Part shown: one piece after another, positions 41,726 to 50,846 of the stretch | How positions within the stretch are numbered: the stretch's first letter is position 1 | How the letters are laid out: each line of letters opens with the position of its first letter | From: an uncultured Pelagibacteraceae bacterium | GTDB taxonomy: Bacteria > Pseudomonadota > Alphaproteobacteria > Pelagibacterales > Pelagibacteraceae | Reading direction: 5' to 3' | DNA length: 64,000 bases | Assembly: GCA_902566805.1 (NCBI GenBank) | Contig: CACFKJ010000001.1 | Coordinates: 7,325-71,324 of the forward strand | Program-made: the position numbers and the translations under genes | Notes under the pieces: model-generated | Told to the model about the DNA's origin: nothing | The model's input: the letters and a program-made list of their open reading frames with translations, nothing else | Databases searched by the model: none

Positions 41726-42400
41726 ATGATAAAAAAAATATCAAATCTTGGAGACTCCGCATTATATTGCGATTTTGGTGACGAAGTTAATCAATTAATA
41801 AATTCGAGAGTAATAAAAGTTTTTAAAAATTTAAGAAAAAATATGATTAAAGGTGTAACTAATATTACACCATCTTACAACAAATTAATTATTTCGTTTG
41901 ATTTAGATATTATCAATTTTGAACAACTGAAGGAAAAAATAACCCTAATGAAAATACAGGATATCGAGGAAGATGGTACAAAAGTAGTTGAGATACCAAT
42001 ATGTATAGATGAGGAATTTTCTCTAGATTTAAGCAGAATATCAAAAAAATTAAATATTGATGAAAATGATGTAATTAAGGTTTTCCTTTCTAAAGAATAT
42101 TTTTGTTATATGACAGGATTTATTGCTGGAATGCCCTTTATGGGTGATATCAATAAAAATTTAAGACTGAATAGATTAGAAACTCCAAGAGTAAAAGTAC
42201 CAAAAGGATCTGTTGGTATCACAGAACAATTTTGCAATATATATACCTATGAGAGTCCAGGAGGATGGAATGTTATAGGCAATACTCCTTCAAAAATTTT
42301 TGATAAATTTAATTTTAACAATCCATTAAAAATAAAGCCCGGGGACAAAGTTATTTTTTATCAAATAAATAAAAAAAAATATTTAAATTGGAATGAATAA
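41726..42400 (+). CDS. pxpB: 5-oxoprolinase subunit B (AHS1/KipI-like)
   Basis: LGDSAL, PSY, GFIAGMP, PRVKVPKGSVG, SPGGWNVIG. Confidence 0.88.
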   Translation: MIKKISNLGDSALYCDFGDEVNQLINSRVIKVFKNLRKNMIKGVTNITPSYNKLIISFDLDIINFEQLKEKITLMKIQDIEEDGTKVVEIPICIDEEFSLDLSRISKKLNIDENDVIKVFLSKEYFCYMTGFIAGMPFMGDINKNLRLNRLETPRVKVPKGSVGITEQFCNIYTYESPGGWNVIGNTPSKIFDKFNFNNPLKIKPGDKVIFYQINKKKYLNWNE

Positions 42401-43343
42401 AAAAGCTTATTTTGAAATTTTAAGACCGGGAATTAATTCTACGTTACAAGATATAGGAAGACAAAATCAATACCATATAGGTATACCATTTAGTGGCGCT
42501 ATGGATAAAAGAAACTATCTAATAGGCAATCAACTAGTATCAAATAAATTAGAAAAACCTGTTATTGAATTTGCTTTTCAAGGTCCTAGACTTAAATTGA
42601 AATTTGGCGAAGTAACTTGTGCGATTACTGGGAACGTATCTTTTAATATTATTAAAAAAAATAAGACGCTAACTGGTCAATGTTATGAAACCTTTAATAT
42701 AGGCATGGATGATGAAATTGATATTTTATCAACAAATAAATCAGTTTATGGATATTTAGCAGTTAATAACGGTTTTGAAGGAGAAAGTTTTTGGGGAAGC
42801 TATTCAGTAAATACTAAAGCAAAAATAGGATCTAATAATGGAGAAAAGTTTTCTAAAAATGAAAAGATATATTTAGCTGATAACAAATGTATATCTAATA
42901 AAAAAAAAATAAGTTATATAAATTCTAAAATCGAATACATAAGAGTTTTAGAGGGTACAAATTTTAATTATTTTTCAAAAGAAGCTACCAAAATTTTTTT
43001 TAATAATAAATTTATTGTGTCTAAACTTTCAGATAGAATGGGCATGCGACTTGAGGGTCTTAAAATAGAGAATAAAGTTAGTACTAATATTAAATCAGAA
43101 GGATTAATAAAAGGAGTTATACAGGTACCTGCAGATGGCAAACCTATAATAATGTTATCTGATCATGGAACAATTGGAGGATACCCTAAAATAGCCGTAG
43201 TTATATCGGCTGACTATGATAGAATTGTCCAATCTGTCCCTGGATCAAATATTAAATTTAAATTAGTCAATTTATCTGAAGCAGAAAATTTATATAAACT
43301 TTATAATATGGAAACACAAAATATTTTAAGTCAAATTAGATGA
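42393..43343 (+). CDS. pxpC: 5-oxoprolinase subunit C (AHS2/KipA-like)
   Basis: LQDIGR, SGAMD, SDRMGMRL, QVPADGKPII..TIGGYPKI. Confidence 0.88.
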   Translation: MNKKAYFEILRPGINSTLQDIGRQNQYHIGIPFSGAMDKRNYLIGNQLVSNKLEKPVIEFAFQGPRLKLKFGEVTCAITGNVSFNIIKKNKTLTGQCYETFNIGMDDEIDILSTNKSVYGYLAVNNGFEGESFWGSYSVNTKAKIGSNNGEKFSKNEKIYLADNKCISNKKKISYINSKIEYIRVLEGTNFNYFSKEATKIFFNNKFIVSKLSDRMGMRLEGLKIENKVSTNIKSEGLIKGVIQVPADGKPIIMLSDHGTIGGYPKIAVVISADYDRIVQSVPGSNIKFKLVNLSEAENLYKLYNMETQNILSQIR

Positions 43344-44206
43344 ATTTTATTTTAAAAACACCTGGTCCACTTTTAGTTTTTCTAGGAGCTTGCTGTCTTA
43401 GTTTTGGAGGATTAATAGTTAAATCTTTTGAAGGTTCAACTTTGTGGCAAATATTATTTTGGAGATCAATTTTTTTTTCAATTACTATATTATTATTTCT
43501 AGTTTTTACTTATAAATTAAAATTTATAAATTCCATTTTTAAATCTGGAATTCCAGGTTTGCTTGGAGGTTTTATATTATCTCTTGGATACGCAGGTTAT
43601 GTATTTGCTATGTATAATACCACTGTTGCTAATGCTAATTTTATAATTCAAACTCAAACTATATTTTTAGCAATCTTTGGATATTTTTTTCTTAAGGAAA
43701 AAATAAATAAATTAACTCTAGCATCAATAGTTTTGGCTTTTGCCGGTATATTTTTGATGCTTGGAAATTCTTTAACACCTGGACAAATAGAAGGGAATAT
43801 AGCTGCATTTATAATGCCCATATCTTTTGCAGTATTAATTTTGATTGTAAGAAAATATCCGAATATAGATATGATACCCTTACAATTAATCGCAGGTATT
43901 GGAGCGTTATTAATTGGATATATAATGTCGCCTAAAATTATAATTTCTTCCCATGATATTTTTTTGGGATTTATTGCGGGTTTTTTTCAAGTGGGATTTG
44001 GTTTTATATTAATTACTATTGGAGCAAGAACTACTGCAGCAGCACTAGTGGGTATCATTATGCTAACTGAAGCTGTACTTGGACCTCTCTGGGCATGGTT
44101 ATTCATTAGTGAAAAACCACCAATAGTTGTTTTGATAGGAGGATCCATAGTCATTGGAGCAGTTCTACTTCAACTTGCTAACCGCAAAGTAGAAAAAAAA
44201 ATTTAA
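43340..44206 (+). CDS. DMT/EamA transporter
   Basis: 10 TM, duplicated EamA (FFLKE, LTEAVLGPLW). Confidence 0.88.
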   Translation: MNFILKTPGPLLVFLGACCLSFGGLIVKSFEGSTLWQILFWRSIFFSITILLFLVFTYKLKFINSIFKSGIPGLLGGFILSLGYAGYVFAMYNTTVANANFIIQTQTIFLAIFGYFFLKEKINKLTLASIVLAFAGIFLMLGNSLTPGQIEGNIAAFIMPISFAVLILIVRKYPNIDMIPLQLIAGIGALLIGYIMSPKIIISSHDIFLGFIAGFFQVGFGFILITIGARTTAAALVGIIMLTEAVLGPLWAWLFISEKPPIVVLIGGSIVIGAVLLQLANRKVEKKI

Positions 44207-44246
44207 TTAGATTAAAAAAAAATTTTAAATTATGTTATTATGACGC

Positions 44247-44423
44247 ATGTCTTTAATTAAAGACCTATCAAAAGAAAAAAAGCAAATAGACCTTCAAATA
44301 AGAAAAATAACAAAAAAAAGAATGAATGATAGAACGTCGGACTCCTGGTTAAACTTGAGACAGTTGAAGAAAAAAAAACTGTCACTTAAAGATAAGCTCA
44401 GTTTGATATCTAAAAAACATTAA
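44247..44423 (+). CDS. Small coiled-coil protein, DUF465/YdcH-like (58 aa, absent from ORF track)
   Basis: MSLIKDLSKEKKQIDLQIRKITKKRMNDRTSDSWLNLRQLKKKKLSLKDKLSLISKKH; the LKKKKLxLKD motif is typical of DUF465. Confidence 0.7.
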   Translation: MSLIKDLSKEKKQIDLQIRKITKKRMNDRTSDSWLNLRQLKKKKLSLKDKLSLISKKH

Positions 44424-44490
44424 TTTTTTTTGATAATTATTTGACGTAGATCTAATATAAAACTATTAATTTAGTTAAGCCCAAATATTA

Positions 44491-45732
44491 ATGAAAATAG
44501 CAGTTATAGGATCAGGAATTGCTGGTTTAAGTGCAGCATATTATTTATCAAAAAATCACGAAGTTGATTTATTTGAAAAAGAGGATCATTTTGGAGGTCA
44601 TTCTTATACTGTTGAGATTTCTAATAAAGAGGACAATCCAATTAATGTAGATATAGGATTTATTGTTTTTAATCACTTAACTTATCCAAATCTAATAAAT
44701 TTTTTTAAGGAAAATGAGATTGAGATAGAAAAAAGCAATATGTCTTTTTCGGTATCAGTCAAAGACACTTTAATAGAATACTGTGGAAATGGATTAAAAG
44801 GAATTTTTAGCAATAAATCAAATTTATTAAATTTTAAATTTATAAAAATGTTTATTGAAATAATAAAATTTTATAAAAATAATGAGAATTACAATTTAAG
44901 TGATGAAAAAATTACTCTAGGAGAATATTTAAAAAAACAAAAACTATCAAAATTTTTTATTGAATATCATTTAATACCAATGGTTGCTGCTATTTGGTCT
45001 ATGCCACCAGATGATGCAAAAAAAATGCCTTTAAAATTTTTTATTAAATTTTTTCAAAATCATGGATTATTTAAATTAAAAAATAGACCTCAATGGTATA
45101 CAGTAAAAAATCGAAGCAAAACTTATGTTAAAAAAGTTTTGACAAAAATAAGTGGAGAATATTTTAAGAATTACAGTGTAAATAAGATTAAAAGAGGTTC
45201 ATCGGGAGTTCAAGTTTATTATGGTGAACAGAATGAATTTTTTATTTATGATAAAGCAGTTATAGCAACACATGCAGATGAAGCACTTAAAATTATAGAG
45301 AATCCAAGTGAGGATGAATTTAATATTCTTTCAAATTTTTCTTATAAAAAAAATTATGCTTACGTTCATTCTGATGAAAACTTAATGCCAAAAAATAAAA
45401 AGGTTTGGTCATCTTGGAACTCAATAGTAGATAAACATAACTCAAATAATAATGCAGTAACATATTGGCTTAATCTTTTGCAGAATCTTAAAACTAATAA
45501 AAATATTTTTTTAACTCTAAATCCAATTTTTAAAATTAAAAAAAATAAAATTTACAAAAAAGTAGTTTTTACACATCCATATTATAATCAAAAAGTATTA
45601 GATAATCAAAAAAAATTAAATAAAATTCAAAATAAAAATAATTTACTTTTTTGTGGTAGTTATTTTGGATATGGTTTCCACGAAGATGGAATAAAGTCAT
45701 CTTTAGAAATGATTAATTATTTAAATGATTAA
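44491..45732 (+). CDS. FAD-dependent oxidoreductase, amine-oxidase-like (UfaD-like fatty acyl desaturase candidate)
   Basis: GSGIAG, GGHS, VDIGFIVFN..TYPNL, SNMSFS, AIWS, WSSWN, GYGFHEDG. Confidence 0.85.
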   Translation: MKIAVIGSGIAGLSAAYYLSKNHEVDLFEKEDHFGGHSYTVEISNKEDNPINVDIGFIVFNHLTYPNLINFFKENEIEIEKSNMSFSVSVKDTLIEYCGNGLKGIFSNKSNLLNFKFIKMFIEIIKFYKNNENYNLSDEKITLGEYLKKQKLSKFFIEYHLIPMVAAIWSMPPDDAKKMPLKFFIKFFQNHGLFKLKNRPQWYTVKNRSKTYVKKVLTKISGEYFKNYSVNKIKRGSSGVQVYYGEQNEFFIYDKAVIATHADEALKIIENPSEDEFNILSNFSYKKNYAYVHSDENLMPKNKKVWSSWNSIVDKHNSNNNAVTYWLNLLQNLKTNKNIFLTLNPIFKIKKNKIYKKVVFTHPYYNQKVLDNQKKLNKIQNKNNLLFCGSYFGYGFHEDGIKSSLEMINYLND

Positions 45733-46495
45733 AGAATCTTTTATTTATAATGGTCAAGTTGTTCACAAAAGGTTTAAACCAAAACAACATTTTTTTAAAT
45801 ACAATGTATTTTCTCTTCTTTTAGATCTATCCGAAATTGATGAATTAGATAAAAAAATTTCGTTCTTTTCATACAATAAATTTAATTTGATTAGTTTTTT
45901 TGATAAAGATCATGGTGAAAGAAATGGTAGTTCATTAGTAGAGTGGGTAAAATTTAATTTAAAAAAAACTGGAATAGATACAATTAAAATTAAAATAAAA
46001 ATATTATGTTATCCAAGGATATTTGGATATGTATTCAATCCGTTAAGTATTTTTTTTGTTTATGATAGAAATTCAAAATTAATTGCTATTTTGTATGAGG
46101 TAAAAAATACTTTTGGTGAGCAACATACTTATGTATTTAAAACATCCTCATATAATAAAAATATAGAAAATAATTGTGAAAAAAAATTTTACGTTTCGCC
46201 TTTTATGGACCTTTCATCAAAATATTTTTTTAAGATTCTTGATCCAAATAAGAAATTATCAATCATAATTAACCAAGAAGATAATCAAGGAAAACTTTTA
46301 TACGCATCCCAAGATGGTATTAGAAGCGAATTAACATCAAAAAACCTAGTTTTTTCATATCTTAGACATCCATTGATGACTTTTAAAATAATATCAGCGA
46401 TACATTTTGAGGCATTAAGATTATGGATGAAAGGAATTAAATTAGTAAAAAAAGAAAAAAAAATTAAAAATAACATAAGTATTGAAACAAAATGA
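45725..46495 (+). CDS. DUF1365 family protein (UfaO-like candidate)
   Basis: HKRFKP, PRIFGYVFNPLS, EVKNTFGE, KKFYVSPF, IHFEALRLW. Confidence 0.88.
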   Translation: MIKESFIYNGQVVHKRFKPKQHFFKYNVFSLLLDLSEIDELDKKISFFSYNKFNLISFFDKDHGERNGSSLVEWVKFNLKKTGIDTIKIKIKILCYPRIFGYVFNPLSIFFVYDRNSKLIAILYEVKNTFGEQHTYVFKTSSYNKNIENNCEKKFYVSPFMDLSSKYFFKILDPNKKLSIIINQEDNQGKLLYASQDGIRSELTSKNLVFSYLRHPLMTFKIISAIHFEALRLWMKGIKLVKKEKKIKNNISIETK

Positions 46496-47670
46496 TTTTA
46501 AATTTAGTTGCTGAAAAAATTGTTTTTAAAGCACTTAAAAGTATAAAGCATGGAAGAATCAACTTAACCAATTTTAATGGATCTAAATTTGTCTTTGGAA
46601 AAGAAGATGACAGATTAGCAGCAAGTATTAAAGTTAAAAATCCTGGGTTAATGGGAACCATTATTAATAAGGGCAGTATTGGGTTGGCGGAAGCCTATAT
46701 AAAGAATGATTTTGAAACAGATAATCTATCTAACTTAATAGAAATAACTGCAAAAAATATTAAAACAGTTCATAAATTTTCTGGAATATTTGATTTTAAA
46801 TTTATTAATTTTATTAAAAATGTATTTAATAAAAATACAAAAAAAAAGAGCAAAGAAAATATTTCCAAACATTATGATTTAGGAAATGAATTTTTTTCTT
46901 TATGGCTAGATAATACACTTACATATTCTAGTGCAATTTTTAATAACGAGAAAAGTGATTTAGAAGAAGCACAATTAAATAAATATAAAAAATTATGTGA
47001 ATTAATAAAACCAGCGCCTGGAAATAAGATGTTAGAGATTGGTTGTGGCTGGGGTGGCTACGCTGAATATGTTGGTAGAAATTACGATATTAAATTGGAT
47101 TGTATAACAATTTCTCAAAAACAATATGATTTTGCGAAAGAGCGTATTTATAGAAATGGTCTTAATGAGAAAATAAATATTCAATTGTTAGACTACAGAG
47201 ATGTCAAAAATAAATATAATTCTATTGCATCAATTGAAATGATTGAAGCGGTTGGTGAAAATTATTTAAAAGGTTATTTTAAAAAAATTAAAGATAGTCT
47301 TTTGCATAATGGTACTGCAGCTATTCAAGCAATTACAATTGATGATAAATATTATGATAGATATAAAAGTAAAACAGATTTTATTCAAAAATATATTTTT
47401 CCAGGTGGATTTTTACCATGTAAAAGAGAAATTTTAAAACTTAGCGATGAAAATCAATTAAAATTTGAAAAATGTAATTCATATGGTCTACATTATTCAA
47501 ACACATTAAGTATTTGGAGAGAAGAATTTCTTAAAAAATGGGAAGATATATCAAAACAAGGATTTGATAGAAATTTTAAAAGGATGTGGGATTTTTATCT
47601 TTCATATTGTGAGGCTGGATTTAAATCAAAAAATATTGATTTAATTCAATTCTCATTATGCAATAAGTAG
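46492..47670 (+). CDS. cfa: Cyclopropane-fatty-acyl-phospholipid synthase family SAM methyltransferase (UfaM-like candidate)
   Basis: NISKHYDLGNEFF, TYSSA, LEIGCGWG, SIEMIEAVG, YIFPGG, YCEAGF. Confidence 0.9.
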   Translation: MILNLVAEKIVFKALKSIKHGRINLTNFNGSKFVFGKEDDRLAASIKVKNPGLMGTIINKGSIGLAEAYIKNDFETDNLSNLIEITAKNIKTVHKFSGIFDFKFINFIKNVFNKNTKKKSKENISKHYDLGNEFFSLWLDNTLTYSSAIFNNEKSDLEEAQLNKYKKLCELIKPAPGNKMLEIGCGWGGYAEYVGRNYDIKLDCITISQKQYDFAKERIYRNGLNEKINIQLLDYRDVKNKYNSIASIEMIEAVGENYLKGYFKKIKDSLLHNGTAAIQAITIDDKYYDRYKSKTDFIQKYIFPGGFLPCKREILKLSDENQLKFEKCNSYGLHYSNTLSIWREEFLKKWEDISKQGFDRNFKRMWDFYLSYCEAGFKSKNIDLIQFSLCNK

Positions 47671-48204
47671 ATGATAATGAAAAAAATATTTGCATTTCTC
47701 TCATTATTTTTGTTATTAAGTTGTACAGGAAATAAAATGAAACCTGAAGACTTTAAAAATAAAAAACCAAGATTAATTATTGAAGAATATTTATCAGGAA
47801 ACGTTAAAGCCTGGGGTATTTTGCAAAATAGATCAGGAAAAGTAACTAGGCAATTTTCTGCAGATTTAAATGGGAAATGGGATGGAAAACAACTTATTCT
47901 AGATGAAAAATTTAATTGGAGTGATGGAGAAATACAAAATAGGAAATGGATCATAAATAAAATTGACGAACATAACTATGAAGGAACAGCAGAAGATGTA
48001 ATTGGAAAGGCTAGAGGATTTTCATATGGACCTATATTTAAATTTGAATACGTTTTACTAGTCCCAGTAAAAGGTAGAAATATTAAAATAACTTTCGATG
48101 ATTGGATATTCATGCAAGATGACAAGGTTGCTATAAATAGAGCAACAATGACAAAATTTGGAATAAAGGTTGCAGAATTAACAGTAATGTTCCTTAAAGA
48201 TTAG
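47671..48204 (+). CDS. DUF3833 family lipoprotein
   Basis: Lipobox LLLSC, AWG..QNRSG, LDEKF, FDDW, KFGI. Confidence 0.85.
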   Translation: MIMKKIFAFLSLFLLLSCTGNKMKPEDFKNKKPRLIIEEYLSGNVKAWGILQNRSGKVTRQFSADLNGKWDGKQLILDEKFNWSDGEIQNRKWIINKIDEHNYEGTAEDVIGKARGFSYGPIFKFEYVLLVPVKGRNIKITFDDWIFMQDDKVAINRATMTKFGIKVAELTVMFLKD

Positions 48205-48956
48205 CGTTTTTGAAATTTGGTAAGTTTTTTAACTAAGTAAAAATACAATTTGCTTGGAAAAAAACTAAATAATTTAAGAGTCAATGTTAATTCTTTTGGA
48301 AAATGTATTTCGAATATTTTTTTGTTTATTAAACCTTTGTAGATTTCATCTGCTGCAAATTCCGGTGTTTTTAAAAATGGCATTTTAAAATCGTTCTTAT
48401 CAGTCATAGGTGTCTTTATGAAACCTGGAGAAACTAGACATACTCGTACATTATATCTTCCAAAATCAAAATATAAACTTTCAGCCAAATTATTGAGCGC
48501 AGATTTAGATGGTCCATAGCCAGTAGAATTTGGTAATCCTCTATATCCTGCAATTGAGGAAACAATAGTAATTATTCCATCCATCTTATTTTTAAAATGT
48601 TGTTCTACAGCTTTAATACTATTTACCGTTCCGAAAAAATTAACCTTGAAAACATTTTCGATCTGTTCTAAATCAATATCTTTCTCTGTTTTTGGGTTCC
48701 ACGTTCCTGTAGAAAAAAAACAAATATCTATATCTCCATAGTGGTTCTTAATTTGATCAAACACTTCTTTACATTTGACTTTATCAGTCACGTCTAAAGG
48801 AAAAGATTTAATATTCTCATTTGATTCGGATATTTCATTTAATAAATTTTCCCTTCTAGCAGAGATTGCAACTTGCCAACCATTATCTGCAAATTTTAAT
48901 GCTAAAGCTTTCCCAATCCCGCTACTAGCTCCTGTTATCCAGATTACTTTTTTCAT
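48201..48956 (-). CDS. Short-chain dehydrogenase/reductase
   Basis: TGASSGIG, SSIAGYRGLP, YGPSK, PGFIKTPMT. Confidence 0.92.
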   Translation of the reverse strand: MKKVIWITGASSGIGKALALKFADNGWQVAISARRENLLNEISESNENIKSFPLDVTDKVKCKEVFDQIKNHYGDIDICFFSTGTWNPKTEKDIDLEQIENVFKVNFFGTVNSIKAVEQHFKNKMDGIITIVSSIAGYRGLPNSTGYGPSKSALNNLAESLYFDFGRYNVRVCLVSPGFIKTPMTDKNDFKMPFLKTPEFAADEIYKGLINKKIFEIHFPKELTLTLKLFSFFPSKLYFYLVKKLTKFQKR

Positions 48957-49025
48957 ATAATGAAACTATATCATATTTACATAGTTATATTTATGTATAA
49001 ATTATTTTTAAAATAGTATTCATAT

Positions 49026-50129
49026 ATGAACGATGTTGTAATTATTGGAGGTGGCATTATAGGCGCAGCCACTGCATATTTTCTATCTAAGGAAGGTAGA
49101 AAGGTAAAAGTAATTGAGAGAGATCCCACATATAAAAATGCTTCATTTCCTTTGTCTTTAGGAGGTTTCAGAAGACAATTCTTTCAAAAAGAAAATATTC
49201 ATTTAGGTAAGTTTGCAAGAGAATTTATATTAAATTTACCCGAAACTTTAAAGACGGAAAAAAATCCAAATCCCACTGCCAGCATGGTTCCAAATGGCTA
49301 TTTACTGTTATTTGGACCAGAACATGCAGAGGAGCAATATAGAGCTTTGAAAAATCATGTTGAATGTGATGCAGGAACTAAAAATGTTAAAGGGTCTGAG
49401 ATTTCAAAAATTTTCAAATATATTAATAACGAGGGCATAGAAACAGCAACATATACAGATACAAAAATTGAGGGTTGGATCGATCCATATCTATTACATA
49501 ATGCTCTTAAAAATAAAGCAATAGACTTAGGTGCTGAATTTATTAAGGGCAATGTTAAAAGTTTAAATGAAATAAAAGCGAATACTATTATTTCAGCAGC
49601 GGGTTGTTGGACAAACGAACTATTGCAGGATATTCCTGTTTTTCCTCAAAAGCATACTGTCTTCCGAGTAAAATGTCCTAAACATTATCCAGATATGCCT
49701 CTTACAGGAGATTTAACAACAGGAGTTTATTGGAGGCCAGAAGGTAAAGAATATTTGGCGGGTTCCCCAATTTCAAAATGGGATGCAGAAGATCTAGAGC
49801 CTGAATGGAATGATTTTGAAGAACTAGTATGGCCAGCTCTTGCAAAAAGAATACCTGATTTTGAACAATTAAAATTAACAGGAGGTTGGGCTGGTTATTA
49901 TGATTGTAATAAATTAGATAATAATGCAGTTGTTGGAAAACATCCAGCTTATGAAAACGTATATTTAGCCACTGGTTTTACAGGAAGAGGGTTGATGCAA
50001 GCACCTGGAATTGGAAGAGCATTAACCGAATTAATAACAACTGGATCTTACCAAACTATAGATATATCTTGTTTTGCAGTAGAAAGGGTTCTAAAAAAAG
50101 AACAAAGACTAGAACCTTACGTATTGTAA
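49026..50129 (+). CDS. FAD-dependent oxidoreductase (DAO / sarcosine oxidase / FOXRED1-like)
   Basis: GGGIIG, SLGGFRRQF, EGWIDPY, WAGYYD..DNNAVVG, GFTGRGLMQAP. Confidence 0.85.
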   Translation: MNDVVIIGGGIIGAATAYFLSKEGRKVKVIERDPTYKNASFPLSLGGFRRQFFQKENIHLGKFAREFILNLPETLKTEKNPNPTASMVPNGYLLLFGPEHAEEQYRALKNHVECDAGTKNVKGSEISKIFKYINNEGIETATYTDTKIEGWIDPYLLHNALKNKAIDLGAEFIKGNVKSLNEIKANTIISAAGCWTNELLQDIPVFPQKHTVFRVKCPKHYPDMPLTGDLTTGVYWRPEGKEYLAGSPISKWDAEDLEPEWNDFEELVWPALAKRIPDFEQLKLTGGWAGYYDCNKLDNNAVVGKHPAYENVYLATGFTGRGLMQAPGIGRALTELITTGSYQTIDISCFAVERVLKKEQRLEPYVL

Positions 50130-50131
50130 AT

Positions 50132-50824
50132 ATGAAAGTATATAATATTTTTCCATTAACAATCTATCAATCAAAAATTGAAATTGAAGAAAATGAAAAA
50201 AAAAAATTAATTTCATTAATCAAAGATATGAAAGTTAATAGTAAGAATTTAGAATATTACAATAAAGTAGGTTCATGGACAGGTGATACACAAGGGTTTG
50301 AAAATTTACATCATAATCCTGATTTCATTAATTTTCATAAGGAAGTTAAAAAAAAAATTATTGAATATTTAAATGTTTTAAATATAGATCAAAACCAATT
50401 AGATATATATGTACAAAGATCTTGGGCTACAATATCTGAGGGAAAAGAACATATAGATAAACATAGCCATTTACAGTCACATATATCTTTTGCATATTAT
50501 TTAAAAAAATCAAAAGGAGATTCAAAAATAAATTTTTATGATGACAAAAGACACAATGAATTAATCCCAGGCTTATTTGAATCTCCAACTGCAAATAAAA
50601 GAAAAATTTTAAAAAAAATTGATCTTCATAATTCGTCAAGTATTTCCATAGATCCCGATGAAGGAGATATAGTTATTTTCCCTTCCAAAACTCCACACAG
50701 TACACAACCAAACGTAACAAATAATGAGAGAATTTCAATTTCAGCAGATATAACTCTAATTGCAAGAGACTCTGAATTGCTAGAACATCTTACTCCACCG
50801 ATTTCAAATTGGCAAAAAATTTAA
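50132..50824 (+). CDS. Putative 2OG-Fe(II) oxygenase (TIGR02466-like)
   Basis: SWAT..HSH..ISFAYY, EGDIVIFPS..HS..RISIS; ATG 50132 preferred. Confidence 0.75.
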   Translation: MKVYNIFPLTIYQSKIEIEENEKKKLISLIKDMKVNSKNLEYYNKVGSWTGDTQGFENLHHNPDFINFHKEVKKKIIEYLNVLNIDQNQLDIYVQRSWATISEGKEHIDKHSHLQSHISFAYYLKKSKGDSKINFYDDKRHNELIPGLFESPTANKRKILKKIDLHNSSSISIDPDEGDIVIFPSKTPHSTQPNVTNNERISISADITLIARDSELLEHLTPPISNWQKI

Positions 50825-50846
50825 AATTTATATTGAATATTTATTC

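Noticed and set aside
41726-43343. pxpB/pxpC as urea carboxylase or allophanate hydrolase
   Set aside because: No biotin carboxylase, biotin carrier or amidase-signature domain is present; with LamB/YcsF adjacent, PxpABC is the better family call
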